Part shown: one piece after another, positions 54,470 to 64,000 of the stretch
How the letters are laid out: each line of letters opens with the position of its first letter
Numbering within the stretch: position 1 is the stretch's first letter
DNA from: Hormiphora californensis
Taxonomy: Eukaryota > Animalia > Ctenophora
Assembly (NCBI GenBank): GCA_020137815.1
Contig: CM035351.1
Coordinates: 5,022,001-5,086,000 of the forward strand
Direction of reading: 5' to 3'
Length of the DNA: 64,000 nt
Made by a program: the position numbers and the translations under genes
The notes under the pieces: generated by a model
What the model saw: the letters and a program-made list of their open reading frames with translations, nothing else
Told to the model about the DNA's origin: nothing
The model's database searches: none

Positions 54470-55624
54470 ATGTGGACAATACTACTCTTCTCCCTCCCTA
54501 TCATTGCTCTATCGTGTGAGAACTGTTTTCAATCTCCTAGTGGGTGTTCAGATACAGATTGTGTGGTTTCGGCGGAGTGGTCGGAGTATGGGAGTGCCTA
54601 CAACATCACCATCTCCGCCCTTGTCGCCTATTTCTCTCTCTTAGAATCAGACGAATATTGGGTTGGTCTGGGTATTTCAGCTACCGGTACCATGCAAGAT
54701 AGCCACATCACCTTGTGTACCATTAGTGAGAACAATGTAGCTGTGGTTCAGGTTACTGGTTATTCGCATGGTGTTACTCCCGTTACCATTGGCTCAACTC
54801 TAACCTCCAAGGTGTCCCTCACGAAAGATGACAACTTCATAACATGTCAGTTTCTCCTTCACAAAAGTCTACTGAAAGACGACAACAATTATTTCTTCGT
54901 TGGTGCAGGGTCTGTACAGGACTCCTCCATTCTCTACCATCACTCTACCCCCATTGCCTCTACTGAATTGTACAGCCTAGCAGGGGAGGAGTCATCTTCA
55001 GGAGGAGTAGTTGGGATATCAGATTCTAGAATCCTGCTCCACGCCTCAGCCATGATAACAGGCTATGGTATTTTCCTAGTGATTGGAATTTACACAAGCC
55101 GCTATCTGAAACCGATATTTGAGGAGGCATGGTATAGAATTCACACCAACATTATCATAGCAATGGTGTTGATAGTGTCGGTTGGTATTGCAGCTATCTT
55201 CTTCAGACAGCGTTCAGTTGTGGTGGGGTTTCACGAACTAATTGGATTCACGATACTCGGACTGACTGTCCTCCAAATAGGACTGGGAGCATGTCGACCT
55301 CACAAGAAACACCGATACCGAGCCTTGTACACCTACTCTCACCTCTTTCTCGCCTGTACTCTCTTCTTCCTGGTTATTGTGAACATTTTCATGGGACTAT
55401 CAAAGAGTTCCCTGAAGGTTCCCAGTCACATATTCGTGATCCAGGGGGTTTATGTGATTTGGGTTGTGTTTGGTTCAATTGTGGGTAGTGAGGTGTTAAA
55501 GCACCTTTACGGGGGAGATCCGGGGCTTTATGTCAGGAAACTGAAGGTTTATACACTCATTAACATTGGTATTATTCTGTTGTACGGTTGTACGGTTATC
55601 ATACTGCTCAATGTTGTAGAGTAG
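54470..55624 (+). CDS. DOMON plus cytochrome b561 protein (FRRS1/ferric-chelate reductase-like), intronless
   Basis: Signal peptide; DOMON motifs YWVGLGIS..GTM.DS and YH; b561 heme histidines LHASAM, WYRIH, FHELIG, RP...R..Y.YSH. Confidence 0.88.
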   Translation: MWTILLFSLPIIALSCENCFQSPSGCSDTDCVVSAEWSEYGSAYNITISALVAYFSLLESDEYWVGLGISATGTMQDSHITLCTISENNVAVVQVTGYSHGVTPVTIGSTLTSKVSLTKDDNFITCQFLLHKSLLKDDNNYFFVGAGSVQDSSILYHHSTPIASTELYSLAGEESSSGGVVGISDSRILLHASAMITGYGIFLVIGIYTSRYLKPIFEEAWYRIHTNIIIAMVLIVSVGIAAIFFRQRSVVVGFHELIGFTILGLTVLQIGLGACRPHKKHRYRALYTYSHLFLACTLFFLVIVNIFMGLSKSSLKVPSHIFVIQGVYVIWVVFGSIVGSEVLKHLYGGDPGLYVRKLKVYTLINIGIILLYGCTVIILLNVVE

Positions 55625-55863
55625 CCCCTCCCTTGTCAGCGCTGTAATATTTAGCATGTGTAAAAAGTATATGTAAATATGTGTAAATATGTGTGTATGT
55701 ACAGAATAATGAGTTTTTTTGCTAAAGAATTTTGTGTTTTTCTTGAGATTCCCTCCCCACTTGCCCTGTTCGAACATCTCTCTCTGCGAGGGTTAGAACA
55801 TAACAGCCCCCTCCCCCTTTGATCCGTCTCAATATCTAACTCCTCTCTCACACACTAGGTGTA

Positions 55864-56956
55864 ATGTTGTTAGGTCTACTGTTAACAGTGACCCTTTCCA
55901 GCGCAGCTAGAGTATCCTACCCCGCCAACTGCACAGCCAACTGTAGTTACTCCCTGTCCTGGGTCGAGTTTACCCCCCTACACTACAATCTCACCATCTC
56001 AATTCCAATCTGTCCCAACTCTACCTGGATCAGTGTCACATTCTCCGAAACCACCGCCTTCCCTCCTCAAGTTGCTGTGGTGTGCCTGTTCGAGAACAGT
56101 ACTATCAGTGTGTGTCCTAGCACCAATGAGATATACAGGAACTACGCAGATGGCCGAGCTAAGATTGCCCAAGTAGATCCTGGACGAGGATCATGTAAAG
56201 TTTCTATAGCCAAGTCTCTGTTACCAACTGACACTGCTACCTGTGGCACTGGGTTGCAGTGGAGGGGAGGGTCGTGTTCTGGCTAGGGACCTCTCTCTGG
56301 ATGACTGGGATAGATATAGCATGATAGGGAGGGATCCGGTTAGAGTCCTCATCCAGATACATGCCATCACCATGATGGTAGGATATGGAACATTCTTTGT
56401 GCTGTCAATATTTGTATCCCGATACACTATGAGGCTATCCTGCAACTGGACACTGGGCAGTACTTAACCTGCTTACTGATTAACCTTTCTGTGCCACATC
56501 ATGGGTTTGGTGACAGTATACATGCTACCACCATGGCCTGATTCGAAACCATACCTTCTCTTTCATCGCTGTACCGGACTGACACTTACTGTCCTGCTTG
56601 TGTGTCACATTGTGGTGATGGTGGTTAAGAAGAGGATTGAGATCCCCCTCAGACTCAAGATGCCCCTCTCTCTGATGAGACACATTCTCTCCCTCACCAT
56701 CTTTCTCCTCTCGTTTAGCGAGTGCATGACGGGTCTAGCGAAACTAACCAATATCCCCTCCATCTCGGTGGTGTATTTAGCATCGTATATGTTTGTTTTG
56801 ATTGTAGTGGGGTTCATCTTCTCTGAACTACTTCATATCTATTTCCCCGTCAAGATTGCCTTATATTTCACTGTCATGAAACTCTTCTTTGGAGTGGTAG
56901 TGGGAATTGTCATGGCATTTGCAATCTCCGTCCCTTTTTTAATAATTTCTATGTGA
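55864..56956 (+). CDS. Divergent tandem paralog of the DOMON/b561 gene, frame-disrupted (pseudogene or assembly error)
   Basis: Signal peptide, CSYSLSW..YNLTIS..WISVTFS, then IHAITMMVGYGTFFVLSIFVSRY (paralog: LHASAMITGYGIFLVIGIYTSRY), FHRCTG and MRHILS. There is a frame break near 56240 and in-frame stops at about 56465-56479. Confidence 0.7.
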
Positions 56957-57098
56957 GGTATATAATATTTAATAATTTATTGTCATATTTATTTCATCAA
57001 TTCTTTGTTGTTCACAATCTAAAAGTGAAGTTTTGTTTTTAATCCTTGACGAAAGAAACAACTTTAACCAATCTGAAACCGCATCTTTCCTAGCCAAG

Positions 57099-58529
57099 AT
57101 GAAAAGTACTCGAGATGAGCTTATGTTCGCTATGAGTGAGCTTCAGCAGTTTGTATCTTTCCTAGTCCAAGCAATACAAAACCGGTCATCTAACAATCCC
57201 GGTGAGTGTAACACCAAATTTTGTAACTAATTACCTTATCAAATGACTAATTAATTGCCTCATCAAATGACTAATTAATTAACTTGGTCGACACACATAT
57301 TATGTACTCCCATTGTACTTGATTGTAGTATGTGACTCTGTTTATCATCTCTCTCTCTTCCCCCACCAGTCAATGCTATTACGTGTTCTCCCAGCGATGT
57401 AGTGGAGCAGATTGTAGCGAAGCAGAATCACATTAATAAGATTGTCAAGGTGATTAGGGGGTTGAGGAGAGGGAGAGAGAGTATTATACACTAGAACGAG
57501 AAAGTGGAGAGAAACATGGGCAAATGGAGGGAGAAGAGAAAAACAGAGAAACTGAGACAGAGACTTAGACATGCAATGGGGAAGAAGAGAGAAAATGGGT
57601 ATGCTACACCAGCCAGTGCTAAAATGAATGAAACATGAACAATGTTCTCCAACTTCATCTCATTTCCCAAACACTATACACCACTCGTAACAGAGCTCTC
57701 TCTCTGGTTAACAGTTACCATGGTACCAGTTACTGCATGGTACCAGTTACCATGGTACCATGGTAACAATGTTACCGTAACATCTCTCCGTTGTTTCAGG
57801 AGGCGGAAGAACAGGAGGGAACACTAAAAGAGATAGCAGTCGAGAAAGCAGAATATCAGAGGTTAGAAGGAGAAATCAACAAGTTACAGCAACAACTACG
57901 GGCAAGCCAGCAGGTATATATTCACTTGATAACCGTTGAAATTGTTCATTCCCTGGGATGGTAAGTAGGAGGAATACAGCTGATACAATTAGTGCTTCAC
58001 CTCGGAATTTTTGATAATGCCTCCGTGAAGCAGAAAATATTATATTCCTCCTTCTTTCCAGATGTTAGAGAGTTCGTTGATGGCGGTAGACGAGAGAAGA
58101 GAACTAACTGCCCAGGCTAAATCGAGACAGTGCTCTGTCAAGGATCTACTCTCGTATGCCCATCTGATCAGCTCAAACTTTAGTACTCAAATGCCCGCTA
58201 ATTGGAATGAGATGGATCACCGGAGACCCTGGCCTACTGACCTGGGTGGGTAACTCTTGTGGTTAATTACTAATTAGTGTTTAATTAGTGATTGATTAGT
58301 GGTTAGTATCCACTTGTTTCATATTTGTCTTTATATCAATTTGGAAACAGGCGATTAGAATCGAAGATCTAAACAAGTCCCCAAACTTTTGTTTATTTCA
58401 CCATCTCATATCCAATGTTATCAAATATCTCTCACCATGCAATAATATTATCAGAGCAGTGTTATCATTTCTTAGAATATGATCTGATATTCCATTGAAT
58501 TCATTATATAATATGAATATCTCCCTCTA

Positions 58530-58568
<39 letters not shown>

Positions 58569-58571
58569 CTC

Positions 58572-58664
<93 letters not shown>

Positions 58665-58988
58665 TTCCCTCTCTATATCTCTCTCTCTCTCACTCTCTCC
58701 CTATCTCTCTATCTCATTTTCTCCCAGCTCCAATAATAACACCACCACTCCCTAGATATGAGGGCTGGAGAGCTCGGCAAGTTGGCCCAACAGTCAGGAA
58801 AACTCTCTAAACTCACGGACGAGATGCTAGCAGAGCGGCAAAACCAGCAGGCGGTACCTTGGAAGCAGCAAAGTGTGGTTACCGCTGCGTCAACTGTTCC
58901 AACCCACATCCTCCCTTTGGAGCAGCCCGTGTGTTCGAGCCCCAGTTCGAGTGAGGGCGAGGAAATGATGGAAGAAGTTGTCACGTGA
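57099..58988 (+). CDS. MED4: Mediator subunit 4, five exons
   Basis: MKSTRDEL.., coiled coil, LLSYAHLISS..PANW..DHRRPWPTDL|DMRAGELG matches the MED4 motif YAHRIS..P..W..GDPRRPYPTD.EMR.G.L. Exons at about 57099-57201, 57370-57449, 57800-57913, 58062-58245 and 58756-58988; the C-terminal end is uncertain. Confidence 0.9.
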
Positions 58989-59349
58989 TATGAAGATGGG
59001 GATGACACGTGACACGTGACTAGTTAGTGAGGAAATAACAGGGGAACTATTTAGTGAAGATGATAGTGAATACACTTTCCCGGAACTGTGTTTGAGAATT
59101 ATATCGAGAGATAAAAAACATTTTGGATGATAATCATTGATGCATGTAATGGTTTATGCACCAATTGATATTATACGCCATTAGTATTCTTTTCACCTGA
59201 AATTCACGTGTTTTATACCTTCATTTTCACGTTGAACTGGTGTGTACTTGACAAGAGAAGATGGAAGAAAGGAAGAAAGATAGAGAATCGATCCACGTAA
59301 CACGTTGCCATAGCAGGCGTATACAGTATACACCAGTGGGGGGTCCACT

Positions 59350-59449
<100 letters not shown>

Positions 59450-59846
59450 ACGGCTCGCACACACTCCGATACATATCAGTGTATCGATAGAGAGACATCC
59501 AGAAATTAATCTCCCACACACCGCACTTGAGTGTCTGTGAGCTGGGAATCAAACATGGACCATTGCCAAGTAGAATGTTTCCCAGATAGTGTATCTCCCA
59601 AATACCGTATCTCCCCAATACCGTATCTTTCTTCTTCATTTCCCAATCAGTACTTTAGGTTACCTTTCAACAACTGTGGCTATTTGGTGACGCGGCCACC
59701 CCTACACTGGCCGCGTGAAGCGCGGCAAACGAAGCCCGCGAAGATAGGGGATCTCATCACCAATGTGGCTATTAATATCTTATCCCCTCCCCTTCCTACT
59801 CTCATGTCCTATTTTTCTGATTCCCTCCCCTTCCTACTAGACCACC

Positions 59847-60755
59847 ATGTCTGTTACTCTACATACTGATGTTGGGGACATGAAGGTCGAGTTGTTCTGC
59901 GAGGAATGCCCGAAAACTTGTTACAACTTCCTCGCTCTGTGCGCCAGTGATTACTATAACGGTTGTGTTTTTCACCGGAACGTCAGGGGATTTCTTGCAC
60001 AGGTAAGCAAATGTTAACACAGTACTGCACATCCCTCCCTTGATCTACTGAAACCTCGCCCCACCCTCGCAGAGCGTGGTGTGAGGCACACCCCCTCCAT
60101 GCCAGAGGAGGGGGGTAAATTGAATAATAATTTCTTCTAACATTCTCCTTTTCTGACATCCCCTTCTCTATTATACAGACAGGCGATCCCAGTGGAACAG
60201 GAAAGGGAGGGTCTAGTTGTTGGGAACAACGTTACTTCCCTGACGAGATACACGAGAACCTGAAACACTCGAGGCGAGGGATTCTCAGTATGGCTAACAG
60301 TGGTGCTAACAAAAACTCATCACAGTTCTTCTTTACATACGCCGAACAGGTAAATTAATACTGGTGAATGGTGATACATACTCAGTTATATTTTGGAGGT
60401 TTGGTGGAGGTTTGCTGGTTGTTTGGTTTGGAGGTTGGTATTGCGGGGTTTGTCTCGGTTCTTTGGGTTTGGTCTGGCAGCATGATTCATGTTCTCAACT
60501 TACAATTACCACCAACCCCTTGAGTTTGGTTTTTAGTCTTGCCACATCTCTCAAACTTCCCCTAATAACCCCCTCCCTCCCTCCCACAAGGCTAAACTGG
60601 ACGGCAAGTACACCGTGTTTGGACATGTTATTCACGGTCTGGAGGCCCTGGACGATCTGGAGAAGGTTCCTGTTGATGAGAAACACAAACCAATAACTGA
60701 CATTAAAATCCGTCGTGTGACTATCCACGCCAACCCGATCGCTGAATGGGGATGA
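59847..60755 (+). CDS. PPIL3: Cyclophilin PPIL3, three exons
   Basis: [45 protein letters not shown]|[30 protein letters not shown]|[18 protein letters not shown]. Confidence 0.95.
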
Positions 60756-61064
60756 TTTGATGCTGAGTGACATATTTTACCTTCAGATATTATATTCGGT
60801 TAAATTGAGTGTACATTTCTTCTCCTCTATAGATGCTATGGTCCCAGCAACCACCCCCGCCCCCCTCCTCCCTCTCTCTCACGCCAGGAATCAAGCACAC
60901 ACTATTAGGTAATTGCTACTGCTTGACATGGTTTGACAGCCATACAGGGAGAGTAAGAGAGATAGGAATGAGGAGAGAGCGAGAAGGGGGCATCGTGTCA
61001 TAGGGATATTCCTGGGCAGCATTAATGAGATTGAGAGGGAGGGAGAGAGAGAGACAGAGAGAGC

Positions 61065-61177
<113 letters not shown>

Positions 61178-62270
61178 GGGGGGAGAAAGAGAGATTAAGT
61201 AGCAATCAGAGTTGCTCCATGAAGCGTTAGTCGGAGCCTCAATAGATGGAGGTGTTTTAGATTGACTATTTTCTTGTGAAATCACTACACAAACTTTGTA
61301 GAACATGACGTCATTTCGAGAAAGGTAACTTGGATCTTGGTTAACGCAGAAGGATAACGTAGAAATAGAAAGATGGAGAGACAGTCGAACGTATTGCTTT
61401 GTCCCACTCTAAGATGAACCGTTGTGGTGGAACGCGCAACGCATTCTATACAGAGGACTTCGCGCGCTCTGGTTCTCTTAGCCAATCAGAGTGCGTGAAA
61501 TTTAATAGCGAGGTAGGCTCAAATCTACAGCCCCGGCAATCATCATTTTCTCATTTCTGATTGCATATTTCGTTGGCAAATGGCATTATATGGCAACTGG
61601 CCGAATCTGACTCGAGAGTGGGCTCTGATTTAAAACTTGATACACAAGACTTTCTGTGAATTATCAAAGAATTAGAAAAATTAGGAACATCACACGACTA
61701 TTTAAGATAGTTCTTTCTTCAGTCCAGTCCCTTGTAACAATAAAAAAACAAAGTCCTGGTTCTTTCAGATGTTGATTATTGAAGACACACATTTGAAGTT
61801 CCACATCCAACTGATAGGCTGTTTAGGAAGCCAAAAAAAGACCTAAAGCTGAATAAGGGGAGAAAATGCCCATTTCTACAGGGAGACACCCAGCGCCTCC
61901 CTGTAAAAGTTGGACCAAGGGGGTTAGGTGTTAGGTGTTAATATCAGCAGTAAAGTATGGAAAGAAGGGGATCAAACAGTGCCTAACAGACAACAAGGAT
62001 ACCAAGGGCCATGGGGTTGACATTATACTTACGTTGAATACATTGTTAGGTCAACTTGAATTGTACACCCGGACACAGTGTCGGGCGACTCAAAGGTCAG
62101 CAAGGATGTCTGTGTTTGTTAGATGTGTGTTCCCTGAGACACACACCTAGCAACAACTAACAACTTGAGTCGCCTGTTCGTGCTCCGAATAGAATAAAAA
62201 GAAAGTATGAACAATTCAACTAACAACCCTGTTACTTGTGGTAGTACAATGTGGCCAGTCTGTTTAGTAG

Positions 62271-62916
62271 TCATGTCAATGTCCCTGAATTCTTACCGCT
62301 GACTGTGTAGGGGGTAGTTACAGTAGCCTCTGCAACGAGAACATGCTTTGTTTTAGTTGTGTAACCCCAAGGGATAGTCCCCGCGCTGCTCTCCACTCGT
62401 ATCTGGTTACCCAACACGTCATTACATGGGAAACCGTATGTCTGGCCTTCTTTACTAGTATTATTTGTATCTAACGCCAAAACACCACATTGGTGTTTCT
62501 CTTGGGCACTATCTACCACATATACCACTGCATCTGTCATCAATGGAGCAACTAGTCTGACATTTTGTGCAGTCATTCCTGCTACTGCAGTACTAAAGAG
62601 TACCAGAGTGACCTCTCTAATTGGAATGTCGGTGTTAGAGAATGTCATCTGGAGCCATGATGCAGTGTCTTCTGTAGCCGCTTCTGCGTATGTTGCTGGG
62701 TCGTTGTCGATACTTAGATGAGCAGGGTATGTGTTACCACCATAGGTAGTGCTGAGAGTCGCAGAGAAGGGTCTGATCACTCTACTAGCCGCTGAAACAA
62801 TTTTGTGTGAGGGATGGGCCAATCCCAGGCCATTAGGCCAACATATTATCTCATTGTTTTGGAGGGCCATGCTTACCTGCGTTTGATATCAGCAGTACTA
62901 TGAGAACAGGGAGCAT
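62271..62916 (-). CDS. Small secreted protein with an F5/8C / F-type-lectin-like galactose-binding fold, two exons
   Basis: Exon 62916-62877 MLPVLIVLLISNA (signal peptide) splices in phase to 62791. ATLSTTY..YPAHLSID...SWLQMTF..IREVTL..CG..FPC..GNQIRV..AEATV is a discoidin-like pattern. Confidence 0.6.
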
Positions 62917-64000
62917 TGTGTGATGGAGGACTCACATAACATTCAAATTACTGTGGGACACGTTAAGTTATCAGATAAACCCAAACAATATATCATATTT
63001 TATATTAGAGATTCTAGCAGCACTTTTTACAGGGAGTTGAGCAAGGCACAGTGCGGCAGCCGGCAAGAGATAGAGTGTAACGAAGATTTTGAGACCTGCG
63101 CTCTCTCGCTAACTCTCTGAATACCATTAAACACGTCACAGCTTATCACGTGGTCCAATGGCTTTGTTTCTGCCAAGAGTCTGAAATCACAGGCAGACAG
63201 AATTAGAATTCTCTGCACGCCGAGACACACAACTGTTACAGTTTAACTATATGTATTCGTAGATAGAAGCTGAACTTGAAGTCCGGAAAAGTGTTGGGCA
63301 CGTCGCGCCCCTCTTCTGTGTTACGGAGGGGGATGCTACGTAGCCAAGGCAAGGTGGAAAAGTCAACTAATGTACAACTAGACGGAAAAGGGAGAGTTAA
63401 TATAACAATGATAATGGTAAATTATAAATGTTCCTCGATGGCCTGTGTCCAACAAACTATGCTAGTATGACTAGACGTTTATAATTATTATCATAATTAT
63501 TATTTCCTAAAGAGAACAAACAACGTCATTAAGTTGGGTCACAAAGTGGTTACACAGATTGGATACATTGTATAACAAATAACTAACAATTTTGTATAAC
63601 CGGTACAAAATTGCAACTAATTGGTGATTAATTCATGAAGACACTGTGAGGCCAATTATAGTTGAATACAATGCTCTGACCACTGCAGTTATGACGCCAA
63701 TGCTCTGACAGTGAAGACAAGGAACGCTTTGTTTTATAAGTTACCTGTTCTTAGTGAATAACTCAACCAACCAGCTCTATATCATGTATATTCTCTGTCG
63801 TTTGTCACACGCTTTGTGTATTACACGAAAGATATGTATGTTAATATTAACATGTTCATATTAACAAAGTTAACAAAATTAACATGTCCCCCCCCCCCAT
63901 TACACGAAATTAAGATATACTTATCCGGATATGACAAACGAGAGAGAAACATAGAATTTGTAAGATCTAAAAAAGCTTTCCTTGTCTTTATGAATTAATC

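Noticed and set aside
57713-57775. GTTACCATGGTA(A/C)C repeats resembling RFX X-boxes
   Set aside because: They sit in a MED4 intron as a short self-similar repeat, with no evidence of a promoter.

Overview
Compact, intron-containing animal genomic DNA, most likely a ctenophore of the Pleurobrachia/Hormiphora type. That assignment is an inference from gene style, nested genes and a 109-bp hAT-type MITE that I recall from Pleurobrachia gene models; it is not a database result. + strand genes: GTF2H2 (5' truncated), a C9orf72 homolog, EXOSC6/MTR3, a divergent Treslin/TICRR, a BTB-domain gene, an AGGF1-like gene, a CenH3-like histone, an RRM-RS protein, an M1 aminopeptidase spread over about 17.5 kb, two DOMON/cytochrome-b561 genes, MED4 and PPIL3. 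- strand genes: ataxin-2 and a secreted F5/8C-like protein. Two intronless sulfatases lie antisense inside introns of ataxin-2 and the aminopeptidase. Introns carry foldback/MITE elements (Kolobok-, Chapaev-, MULE- and hAT-like ends), two LINE-ORF1-only ORFs, a CRE-like relic, and 32-bp and 12-bp satellites. The most notable signal is that nearly every gene has a pyrimidine tract plus AG shortly before its start codon, and the genes sit in co-oriented clusters with short gaps. This pattern is what SL trans-splicing and operon-like transcription would produce. Many single-base frameshifts in conserved genes most likely reflect consensus errors.
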